A model generated the notes under the pieces. It saw only the letters and a list, made by a program, of their open reading frames with translations. It searched no databases and had not been told where the DNA came from. The translations under genes and the position numbers were made by a program. 30,336 nucleotides of DNA from a virus (Duplodnaviria > Caudoviricetes), in IMG/VR virus record IMGVR_UViG_3300020432_000031, positions 1 to 30,336 of that record; one strand, given 5' to 3'. This document shows, piece by piece, positions 4,728 through 13,200 of the stretch; positions within the stretch are counted from its first letter, which is position 1, and every line of letters starts with the position of its first letter.

Positions 4728-7700
4728 TCAGACCCCGGTGGCGGAATGAGTGCCGGAATACCACAGCGACCCAGTGGCACTGCCGGTGCGGACCTCTGAA
4801 TAGACGGGGCCGTGTTGTGTCCCTGCGCCGCCTTGCATCCAGTCGGCATAATCAAACTCAAGCTCATAAGTCTTAGAGGACTTCAGATAAACCCAGTGAT
4901 AATTTTCAAAATCAACAGCCGGCTGCGTCCCTGAACTGGGGAAGTTTGAACTATCGGCAAACTCGCGAATCATTGCGACCTTGTTGCCGCTTGAGCCGCT
5001 GATAAATTCAGAGAGGCGCCATATTGGGGCATGGTTGCTGTTTGTAGCTCGCCAATTTGTGGCGCCATTGCTATGAAACCGCAAGTAGATTTTCACCCAC
5101 CCGGTGGTTGATGGGCTGAAAGTTTTGACGTAGCCCATGTCGACAGTCGTGTAGTTGTTTGGCCAAGTGCCGGAATAAGTCCCTGAGTTCCCAACTTCCA
5201 AACTTAAAGAGTCAAGAGTTTGCGGCCCTGTCCAGTTAACAACGGTGGGATTATTTCCTTGATTCCATTGGTTAAAAACGCCCCTAGTTCCGTTGCCAGC
5301 GGCCGGGATAGGGTTCAGGTCTAGAAACCAGCGGAAGCATTCACCAGGGCCAACACCAAGCTGAAATTCATCATTCACCAAACCAAAGCGGCGGCCGTTG
5401 GTGGTATTCCATGGGTCAGCGCCGCCACTGCTGCCAACACCTTGGCCATGAAGCAAACAAATGCTGACCGCGTGTGTTTGACTGGATCCATTCAGAAAGC
5501 TATTTGTTGGATAAAATCCGAGCATATTTTCATCGTGAAACATGAAACTACGCCCGCCCCATGAGGCAGACGTTGAAGTGATGCTGGCGTCGTAAACTCT
5601 TCCCCGCTCAAAGTAGACCCGGTCAATGTTGATGTTAGGCCAGCCATCGTAAGTTGTAACCCCTGTTAAAGCACTTCCTAGGCTTGAGGTTGTGACCGTG
5701 GTGCCAGGCTCAACAATCGTGATTGTTCGTGAGAGAACAGTAACTGCGCCATCTAGAACGGAAAGGGTGAAGGTCTCCGCTTGATCGCTTGTACTGTCAG
5801 ACGCAGCGGTAATAGAGAAAGAGCCCGTATGGCTGGTAAAGCTAAAACTACCAGATATTGACCCCGAAAAATCAGCGGCAGAGGTTGTAACGTGCGTGAC
5901 TTGATAACTGAGCGTCCCAGAGGACGCAGCGCTGGAGTCAACGTCAACCTGAAAAGATGCCGTGCTTCCCTCCTCAATTGATGAGGGCCAGCTGACGGCT
6001 GTGTAAGGAGGGTCTAGGGATGTATCATTAATTGTGATTGTCGGGGATGTTGCCAGCAGGGTCAGAGTTCCGCCTAGGCTCTTTTTAATCTGAATCGTGA
6101 AAGTTTCGCTGCCCTCTGTTGTCAGGTCGGCAACTGGGACCAGGTTAAAGGAAGTGGTGTTGCTGTAAACATAAGCAATTCCCATCGTGGGGTTAATATC
6201 AGCAGAGCCCAGATTCTGAACGTTATATTCAATGTACCCCCCATCGGGAATGTTGGTCGTTGTCACGTTGTAAGTGTACGAAGTGCCTTCGTTGACGCTT
6301 AGAGTCGGATTGCTAAAGGCAGCGGTTGCATTCTGAGATGTGTCATTAATAGTGATAGCCTGTGTTGCTAAAGTTGTGCCCCCATACGACAGCGTTAAGG
6401 TGAAACTCTCTGAGCCCTCTGTGAAAGAATCGGCAGTTGCTTGAATGTAGAAATATCCAAAATTGTTATTGATGTTTATATTTCCAGCAGTAGCGGAAAA
6501 ATCAATGCCAGAGGTTGTGATATTGGAAATATACCATTGCACCTGTTGCCCGTTTGCGATGCTCGTGGTGTTGACGTTATAGCCAACATTCACACCCTCA
6601 TTGATACTGGTTGAAGGGCTAACAAAGGACGCGGTGGGGGGTGTGTTCTTTTCCACCTCGATATATGCAGTCTCACCGCCTAACCAGTTGCCGCCGTCAG
6701 TCTTGGTGACATTAGTTGCGGCGTTAATAACAAAGCTTCCACCCCCGCCGCCTTCGCACGGCCGGCCGTTCCACCAACCACCGCCACCGCCGCTGTAGCC
6801 ACCACCCCCGCCGCCATAGCCGGGGTAGGGGTGAATACCGCCAGCACCGCCGCCACCAAAGCCGCCATCCTCATTGTCGTAGGTGTAGTAAGCGCGTCTA
6901 GTGCCACCTTCCAGCCCATTGCTCCAGCCCTTGCCGTTTCTGTTGGCGTATTGAGGCTGGCTTGAGCCATTACCGCCCGAAGTAAACCAAACCTCCACAC
7001 CGTCACCACCCCAGGCCCCGCCACCGCCTGAACCATTCCACCCGCCGGCAGACTCACCGCCGTTACCGTTTGAGCCACCGTTTGAACCTATGTAGGAGCT
7101 GCTATGGCGGCCGGTGCCGCCTGTAGTTCCTGACTGCCCGCCTTGGTCTGCGGCTGTGTAACTGCTGCCTGACGTACCACCGCCGCCACCACCGCCAGCA
7201 ACGGCAACCAAGATGTCCGTCTGAGTGTCTGAGTTGTAATAAACAACCCAAGACCCACCGCCACCGCCAGGGTTTACGCCATAGGTCGGCGCTTGACCGA
7301 CAACAAGTTTGAGAAGATCACCTTTGTTTAAGTCAATCGTGAATTCCAAATAAGCGCCTTCTCCGCCGGCAGTGCCTTGTGTGTTGTAGTTAGGTTTTGC
7401 GGCTCCGCCATGGCCGCCCCTGATTTTGAATGTGTAGCTTGCCGTAGAGGGGACGACCCATTGCTGAATGCCGTTGCTTACTGAGAAGTGACTAGTTAAA
7501 AAGGCCTGCCCGGTGTATGCAGTTTGACACTGTGCCAGCGTGGGGCCGGTCTTACCTAGCACCCCGCAGGCTGTGAATGTGTGTGAGTTGAAGAAATAAA
7601 GATCAGTTGTGGCTGGGGTATCGTCTCCACCGTAAAAATCGCCTAGGTCGATTGTCCCCGATTGAGGAATAGAAGCGTTTGCGGTTGTGTCTGGGACGTA

Positions 7701-7802
7701 AAGCCCGCCCCGGTAGTATTCATCAATAGCCGTAGGCGCGGTGCCTTGAAACTCCCCCTCAACATCGCTCAGGCTGATGGGTCCCGATGTCTGAAGAACC
7801 AT
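4728..7802 (-). CDS. tail fibre adhesin with glycine-rich (ALK/LTK-like) domain and three Calx-beta-like repeats (1024 aa)
   Basis: N-terminal LQTSGPISLSDV..EF...EYYRGG fibre-associated motif; polyglycine runs at about 6650-7600; three repeats of S.NEG....V.......AD..TEG.E.FT at about 5700-6630. Confidence 0.75.
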   Translation of the reverse strand: MVLQTSGPISLSDVEGEFQGTAPTAIDEYYRGGLYVPDTTANASIPQSGTIDLGDFYGGDDTPATTDLYFFNSHTFTACGVLGKTGPTLAQCQTAYTGQAFLTSHFSVSNGIQQWVVPSTASYTFKIRGGHGGAAKPNYNTQGTAGGEGAYLEFTIDLNKGDLLKLVVGQAPTYGVNPGGGGGSWVVYYNSDTQTDILVAVAGGGGGGGTSGSSYTAADQGGQSGTTGGTGRHSSSYIGSNGGSNGNGGESAGGWNGSGGGGAWGGDGVEVWFTSGGNGSSQPQYANRNGKGWSNGLEGGTRRAYYTYDNEDGGFGGGGAGGIHPYPGYGGGGGGYSGGGGGWWNGRPCEGGGGGSFVINAATNVTKTDGGNWLGGETAYIEVEKNTPPTASFVSPSTSINEGVNVGYNVNTTSIANGQQVQWYISNITTSGIDFSATAGNININNNFGYFYIQATADSFTEGSESFTLTLSYGGTTLATQAITINDTSQNATAAFSNPTLSVNEGTSYTYNVTTTNIPDGGYIEYNVQNLGSADINPTMGIAYVYSNTTSFNLVPVADLTTEGSETFTIQIKKSLGGTLTLLATSPTITINDTSLDPPYTAVSWPSSIEEGSTASFQVDVDSSAASSGTLSYQVTHVTTSAADFSGSISGSFSFTSHTGSFSITAASDSTSDQAETFTLSVLDGAVTVLSRTITIVEPGTTVTTSSLGSALTGVTTYDGWPNINIDRVYFERGRVYDASITSTSASWGGRSFMFHDENMLGFYPTNSFLNGSSQTHAVSICLLHGQGVGSSGGADPWNTTNGRRFGLVNDEFQLGVGPGECFRWFLDLNPIPAAGNGTRGVFNQWNQGNNPTVVNWTGPQTLDSLSLEVGNSGTYSGTWPNNYTTVDMGYVKTFSPSTTGWVKIYLRFHSNGATNWRATNSNHAPIWRLSEFISGSSGNKVAMIREFADSSNFPSSGTQPAVDFENYHWVYLKSSKTYELEFDYADWMQGGAGTQHGPVYSEVRTGSATGSLWYSGTHSATGV

Positions 7803-7804
7803 TG

Positions 7805-8218
7805 CTAAGGATGCACAAACCAGGGCAGAAAAATTCCATACGCGCGAAAATATTTTTGGCGCAATAGTGCAACTTGCTGCTCTAGCTCTGCATAAAAAGA
7901 TTCCTTAGGCTGGCGCTGAAAAGCCCACCCCAGGACATGCTCTTCACTGAGCATTGCAAAGTCCCTGAAATGCTCAATATCAAGATTATCAGGAACCAGA
8001 AGGTCGACTTTCTGCTTTGTCGTGGCGCTGTAGCCGTCGCTTGTCTTTACTGAACCTTCTACCACAGCTGAAAGGACCACCTGCTGGTGATAGCGGGTGT
8101 CTTTGACATCTAAGGAAAGAACTTTCCAGGTGTAATCACTGGTAGGGGGTGCAGGTGCTTCCTGCTGGTGCTCCTCTGCGTAGGGCACTGAATGCTCAGG
8201 GATGGCTTCCTCAGGCAT
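7805..8218 (-). CDS. fibre-associated small protein (possible assembly chaperone)
   Basis: Between S74 fibre and adhesin; YTWKV...F..LSEE.VLGW...LPW pattern; coupled to upstream gene. Confidence 0.6.
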   Translation of the reverse strand: MPEEAIPEHSVPYAEEHQQEAPAPPTSDYTWKVLSLDVKDTRYHQQVVLSAVVEGSVKTSDGYSATTKQKVDLLVPDNLDIEHFRDFAMLSEEHVLGWAFQRQPKESFYAELEQQVALLRQKYFRAYGIFLPWFVHP

Positions 8219-8816
8219 TGCCTAGGGCCTCCTGCAGCGCTTCTATCTGCGTCTGTTGCTCCTTGATCGCCTCAATGAGCAGGCCGATCATGTTGCCATA
8301 GGCCACGCTTTTGTAGCCGTCGTCAGATGTATGCACAGCTTCAGGTAGGACCGCCTCAACCTCTTGGGCGATAACACCAACCGAACGGCCTGCAGCAGAC
8401 CCAGCGCCTTGAAGCCACTCAAAAGTGCAACCTGTGATCTGTTTCACCTTTTGGAGAGGCTCAGAGATTGGTCTGATGTCTTTTTTTAGACGGATGTCTG
8501 AGTAGGCAGTGACGTTGCCTGTACAGATCAGTGAATTGGTGCTTGGCTGCACTTTGATCCCGGCTGCTTTGTAGAAATAGCCCGCCCCGGTAGTACTTGA
8601 ATCTGAGAAAAGCAGGAAGTGATCGCTAGCAGATGTGCTAGCCGTCTGAGTCGGTTTGGCGCCGACTTCGCAGATGTAGTCATTCATGCCGACGGTTTGG
8701 CGGCCATACAGCATCCCATCCGCAACATTCCAGGCAACCTCCCCCTGAGCCAAGTCGTTAACCGCCGGCTGAGACGCTGCTGTGAATGAGCGCTTGAGGA
8801 GAATGGTGTTGGCCAT
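8211..8816 (-). CDS. short tail fibre with C-terminal intramolecular chaperone (peptidase S74)
   Basis: Start ATG8816 (MANTILLKRS); YSDIRLKKDI autocleavage motif, GVIAQEVEAVLPEAV, YKSVAYGNMIGLLIEAIKE coiled coil. Confidence 0.85.
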   Translation of the reverse strand: MANTILLKRSFTAASQPAVNDLAQGEVAWNVADGMLYGRQTVGMNDYICEVGAKPTQTASTSASDHFLLFSDSSTTGAGYFYKAAGIKVQPSTNSLICTGNVTAYSDIRLKKDIRPISEPLQKVKQITGCTFEWLQGAGSAAGRSVGVIAQEVEAVLPEAVHTSDDGYKSVAYGNMIGLLIEAIKEQQTQIEALQEALGNA

Positions 8817-8817
8817 C

Positions 8818-9849
8818 TCAGTAGGTGCCCCCGTCAATTTCTAGGTCTGGTATGCCTAGATTTGTTCGCGCTCCGCTGGCTGTTGTTGACCCTGTCCCGC
8901 CATCAGCGAGGGCTAGCGTCCCAGTAATAGAAGAAGCGCTTAGGTCAACAGCCACCTCAGTGGACTCAATCACCAGGCCGCCATTCGCCTTGAGATCGAC
9001 AGAAAAGACAAGCCCTGTCTTATCTAATCCATCACCAGCGGAAGCCTCACCGGTTGACGAGAACTGCGTGAATGAAAGGTTGTTCGTCCCAACAACCGCT
9101 GAGCCTGTATTTGATGTACAAACAAAGCCACGATCTGCCTGTGTCGTGCCGCTTTCAATAAAGACAAAAGCTCCGGCCGCATTAGCGGCTGTGTCCAAGT
9201 CATCAGCCCTAGCCCAAGCTTGCGCCGCAACGATCCAGATCCCGTTATTAGCTGCAGAAGTCTGATCTTTGACTAGAACGCGATCCCCCGCCGCAACGTT
9301 TACGCCGTCAATCGTTTGAGTGCCGCTGAGTGTGATGTTGGCTGTCGTCGCGACCTTTGCTGAGTCCTTAACGGCAAGGCCCTGAGCAACGCCATCTACA
9401 TAGGCTTTGTTCGCCCCGTCAGTGTCAGCGACGCATGTCGCAAGCCCAGTGATCTTCTGGGAGCCAAACGCCACAGAGGACGTAGGGGCTGCCATCTGAT
9501 CGATACGGCTGGTTCTGACTTGAGTGTCAAAGTCGCTGACTTTTGACGCTGTTAGCGTCGGAATATCAGCGGCAGCCAAAGACCGAAAGGTTGGTGCAGC
9601 TGCTGTGCCTGAACTAGGCCCAGCCAGAACGGTGTTGGCTGTTCTGGTGTCTGTCTTGCTGAAATAGTGGCCCGGCCCCCCAATCTTGATAACTGACGTT
9701 GCACCGCCTGAGCCGTCATCGCCTAGGCCGTAATACAGAGAAAGATCACTGCTGTTTTCGTTGAAGGCAATCTCACTCGGCGCAAGCGATTGGGGGCTGC
9801 CGGCCTGGCCGCTAGCCGCCCTCTTCTTTATGCGGATTACGTTGGCCAT
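8818..9849 (-). CDS. tail or head fibre protein (343 aa)
   Basis: MANVIRIKKR...EIAFN N-terminal anchor; KDSAKVATTANITLSGTQTIDGV...GDRVLVKDQT...NGIW fibre domain; GGTGSTTASGARTNLG motif. Confidence 0.8.
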   Translation of the reverse strand: MANVIRIKKRAASGQAGSPQSLAPSEIAFNENSSDLSLYYGLGDDGSGGATSVIKIGGPGHYFSKTDTRTANTVLAGPSSGTAAAPTFRSLAAADIPTLTASKVSDFDTQVRTSRIDQMAAPTSSVAFGSQKITGLATCVADTDGANKAYVDGVAQGLAVKDSAKVATTANITLSGTQTIDGVNVAAGDRVLVKDQTSAANNGIWIVAAQAWARADDLDTAANAAGAFVFIESGTTQADRGFVCTSNTGSAVVGTNNLSFTQFSSTGEASAGDGLDKTGLVFSVDLKANGGLVIESTEVAVDLSASSITGTLALADGGTGSTTASGARTNLGIPDLEIDGGTY

Positions 9850-9852
9850 GGC

Positions 9853-10116
9853 TCAAAAATTGCCCCCGGTAACAAGTGTCTGTGTGGTCCAGGTCGAGTT
9901 GGCTACAAACTCGCCGGCGTTGCTGTCATAGTAGATAATTGATTTGTCTACGACCCCAGAGTCGTTGAAATTAGTCCCCGCAGGGCCTTGGGGGCCAGCA
10001 GGCCCAGCGGCAGAAGCGGTGACAACAACTGCAGAAGGCGCAGAGACAACCGTTGTCTGATTGCCCTCTGTGATGCTGACAGTGTTCTGGCTTGTGGTGA
10101 CGTTTACTGTCGTCAT
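9853..10116 (-). CDS. small fibre adaptor with short collagen-like segment
   Basis: GPAGPQGPAG triplets; beta-rich ends; in fibre cluster. Confidence 0.65.
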   Translation of the reverse strand: MTTVNVTTSQNTVSITEGNQTTVVSAPSAVVVTASAAGPAGPQGPAGTNFNDSGVVDKSIIYYDSNAGEFVANSTWTTQTLVTGGNF

Positions 10117-10451
10117 GATGAGTAACCCTGCTGAACAGTGACAGTCCCTGTCAGGAAGTAGTCGCGATGACCAGCTGAATTAGCGACCAGCACGTCATAG
10201 TGAACAGAATCAGGCAGCGCCGTTGTCTGCACATCTGTCAAGCTGATGTCGACCTTCCCCGCCGCACGGTCGACATAGGACACAGCGAAATCAGCAAATT
10301 TTTGCGTGCGTGCTTTGTCCCAGCATTGCGCGGTGACAGTTGAGCCCACAAGACTGATGGCTGCATCGTTGCCGTCCTTAAATTCCAGCGACAGCGAGTG
10401 ATCGCTGCGCCTGACAATCTCAAAATTGTGAACGCCCGGCTTAATCCCCAT
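10113..10451 (-). CDS. Ig-like/BppU-like adaptor protein
   Basis: GKVDISLT..QT..L....YDVLV.......YFLTGTVTV pattern; ATGA overlap with next gene. Confidence 0.65.
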   Translation of the reverse strand: MGIKPGVHNFEIVRRSDHSLSLEFKDGNDAAISLVGSTVTAQCWDKARTQKFADFAVSYVDRAAGKVDISLTDVQTTALPDSVHYDVLVANSAGHRDYFLTGTVTVQQGYSS

Positions 10452-10475
10452 CAGCCTCTGTGCCCTCTTTAGAGG

Positions 10476-10691
10476 TTAGTCGCTGGCCAAGGTCACACCG
10501 TCAGTCCCGACCCTCTCCAGGGTGATGGTGGGGTTTTCAACGTCGGCGACTGTGGCCCCTTCTGCCAGGGTGAAAACAGGCCGTGACCCGTCGCCATGGT
10601 CTGGGTTAATCACGACCTTGGTGTAGTCGAACAGGCCGGCCCCCCATCCCTCCATTTTCCCGGTGAACTTGTAGGAGTAGTAATCAGCCAT
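10476..10691 (-). CDS. small hypothetical protein coupled to the RCC1 fibre (71 aa)
   Basis: TAATG stop/start overlap at 10691. Confidence 0.6.
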   Translation of the reverse strand: MADYYSYKFTGKMEGWGAGLFDYTKVVINPDHGDGSRPVFTLAEGATVADVENPTITLERVGTDGVTLASD

Positions 10692-13198
10692 TAGCCGGTT
10701 GTAATTGCAAGGGGTGTTACGGGGTAATAGCCGTTATTGTACGGTTTCCCTAGCGCGTAGCTGCTGTTGTATCCACCGACATAGACAGTCCCAGACTCTC
10801 CTAGGAAAGTGAACGAAAGGGTGCCTGAATTGTAGGTATTAAACATAAAACCAACGCCCTGCTCAGGCTGTTGCAGCCATCGCGCAAAGTACCACTCATA
10901 AGCAACCCCGCCGGTGCTGTTGACTGTGCTGTCGATGTTCACGCCTTCGCTTAAGGGTTCCTTTCCACAAGTCCAGCAAGTGCCGCGGCTGTCAATCATG
11001 ACAACCGTGCTGTAGTTGTAATACCCGTCAGAATCAGAGAAGAACGCGCAGGGGTTGCCCATTGGCCGCCATTGGGTGCCCCCTTGGCTGCCATACCAGA
11101 TCGTATTTCCGCCGCTCAATTCGTTGCTGTAGCCGATAGTTTCATTTGCCCCAGTGACCGCACTGGTCGCCAGCTCAGTGTCCCCATAGTCGCGATACTT
11201 GATCTGACGGCAAAACCAGGACTCGTCAGAAGTGCCATTAGCAAATTGCCCGCTAGCTGATGCCGGGCTAGTGGTTGCAGTTGTTCGTCCCAGCTGACCA
11301 GTGGCGTTATTCCCAAAGCTGTAGGCAAGCCGACGCCCTCCGGCGCCCTCAGTTATCAGATAGCTCTGAGCGTTATGAGAACTGCCAAATAAATACATCG
11401 CTAGGACCTTTTCATTCGCGACATCAGGGTGATCTGTGAGTTTCGTGGGGTTTGTGATGTTCTGGTCTGTGGAAGTTTGATAAACGCCGAGATATTCGCC
11501 GTGATTCTTGGCATAGCCACATGCAAACACCTCACCCGTTGTAGTTAAAAACAACGTGTGACACCCAGGGTAGGTTGTTGTGTGGAAGTCAGTTGTGATG
11601 ACGTGAACAACAGCCTTTTGGTATAGATTATTGCCGGTCATAGTTGTTAATGACTCGGGCGCGTTTGCATCAGTTGTATTCATGATCCCAAGCTGGCCAT
11701 GAGAGTTCCTGCCCCACCCATAGCACTTGCCCGTGCCAGTAACAGCGAACGCGTGGCCATAATTAGACCCGCCGGCTGTTATGTAATAAACAGGCTCATT
11801 ACCAAATCTGACCGGGTCAATTCGCTTGGCATAGTGCTGCGATCCGCCTGTCGTATTGTTGCCCAGCTGGCCATAAACGTTATCGCCCCAGCTGTAAACA
11901 TAGCCAGCATTGTCTAGGGCGTAAAATGTAAGCGTTGAGCTTCCGCCTGATATACCACTTCCCCCCTGCTGTGTACAGGCAAAATGGATAATTTTTGGCT
12001 TACTAGTGCCTGACAGATGTGTTCCGTCAGTATTAAAGAACTGCACCTCAGTTGGCACTTGTACAGATGTACCCGACCACCCGTTACCTAGCAGTGAAGA
12101 GGTTCCGCCATAGCCAGCGACAAATAAACATCCATTTTCTGTCAGATAATGATTAAACAATTCGTGCGGGTAGTGTTCTACAACCTTTGGCATTGCGGGA
12201 TAAGGGTAAGACATGTTCGCCTGGTAGGTATTGCCCGTTTCAAACATCACTGACCACGTTTCAGTGCCGGTACGTCTGGTAAAGCTTTCGCGCGGTGATG
12301 CTGCCGCCATGGGCATCACTTTGGTGTCAAGAGTATTTAGTGATGAGTCGCCAAAATAAAGCTCATGCAACCACTTTGGCGACCTTAGGCTCATGAGTGT
12401 GGGCTCATATAGAGTGTAATTTTTAGTGCTAATTGAGTAGTAATAGCTAGTGCCCCAGGTGTAAACATCACCATTCGTAGAGATAAAACTGGAGCCATTG
12501 GCCTTGCTGAATGAAGTTGTACGAATATTCCCGCGCCCGTAGGTATCGATCAGGTCATAGGAGAGGATGCTAGTTGAATGGTAAATATTAGTTAGAGGGG
12601 TATTTACTGCTCGTGTATAGACGTTGTACAGATTCATTCCCAGCTTGCGGCCCTTTACCTGGCCGCGAGTAACACTGCTGGCAAGCTTGCTTTTAGTGAC
12701 AGCCCCATCAAGAAGCTTGGCTGTCGTTACAGAGTCATCAGCAAGAGGCAGAGACGTCGTCAAGACGTCCCATGTGCTGCCGTAGTAACCCTCAAAGCGC
12801 GCCTGTTCACTATTCCAGCGAAGCATTCCTGCAGCCGGTGAGCCGGGCCGCTGCGCGTCTGTCCCGCTTGGCAGCTGAAAGAAAGACGTTGCAGTGATCG
12901 AAACTGAGCCGGAGAAAGTAGCGGCACCAGTGAAAGCCGGCGCTGCCTTAGTTGCTAACCCCCAATTCTCCGCACGGTCGCCAATAACAACCCAGCTGCC
13001 GGCCTGTTTTTGTTTGATCTTGCCGTCGCTGGCATCGTAAAAAAGCTGATTTTCATAGGTTGTGGCCGGAAGCGTTCCGACACTGGTTGCACCACCGCTG
13101 CCGGCTTGCATGCTGGCAAGAGACTGCAGCGCGCTGTTTACAGTGTTGCGGTATGTAAGCCCGTCGCTGTTGGGCACATTCAGCTCAGACTTTGGCAT
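10691..13198 (-). CDS. side tail fibre / receptor-binding protein with RCC1-like beta-propeller (835 aa)
   Basis: N-terminal anchor (R..VNSALQSLAS), LPSGTDAQRP....GMLRWN motif, RCC1 repeats VYSWGDNVYGQLG, CYGWGRNSHGQLG, AYSFGNNATGQLG; directly after J. Confidence 0.8.
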   Translation of the reverse strand: MPKSELNVPNSDGLTYRNTVNSALQSLASMQAGSGGATSVGTLPATTYENQLFYDASDGKIKQKQAGSWVVIGDRAENWGLATKAAPAFTGAATFSGSVSITATSFFQLPSGTDAQRPGSPAAGMLRWNSEQARFEGYYGSTWDVLTTSLPLADDSVTTAKLLDGAVTKSKLASSVTRGQVKGRKLGMNLYNVYTRAVNTPLTNIYHSTSILSYDLIDTYGRGNIRTTSFSKANGSSFISTNGDVYTWGTSYYYSISTKNYTLYEPTLMSLRSPKWLHELYFGDSSLNTLDTKVMPMAAASPRESFTRRTGTETWSVMFETGNTYQANMSYPYPAMPKVVEHYPHELFNHYLTENGCLFVAGYGGTSSLLGNGWSGTSVQVPTEVQFFNTDGTHLSGTSKPKIIHFACTQQGGSGISGGSSTLTFYALDNAGYVYSWGDNVYGQLGNNTTGGSQHYAKRIDPVRFGNEPVYYITAGGSNYGHAFAVTGTGKCYGWGRNSHGQLGIMNTTDANAPESLTTMTGNNLYQKAVVHVITTDFHTTTYPGCHTLFLTTTGEVFACGYAKNHGEYLGVYQTSTDQNITNPTKLTDHPDVANEKVLAMYLFGSSHNAQSYLITEGAGGRRLAYSFGNNATGQLGRTTATTSPASASGQFANGTSDESWFCRQIKYRDYGDTELATSAVTGANETIGYSNELSGGNTIWYGSQGGTQWRPMGNPCAFFSDSDGYYNYSTVVMIDSRGTCWTCGKEPLSEGVNIDSTVNSTGGVAYEWYFARWLQQPEQGVGFMFNTYNSGTLSFTFLGESGTVYVGGYNSSYALGKPYNNGYYPVTPLAITTG

Positions 13199-13200
13199 TC

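Noticed and set aside
4645-4764. N-terminal extension of the OMP ORF to 4764
   Set aside because: Signal peptide begins at ATG4644; upstream part is regulatory DNA overlapping the adhesin stop
6780-7270. (CCG/CCA)n microsatellite-like runs
   Set aside because: Fully explained by polyglycine codons on the minus strand
4728-13198. Diversity-generating retroelement or invertible fibre cassette
   Set aside because: No reverse transcriptase or recombinase in the window, and no template/variable repeat pair or inversion sites seen
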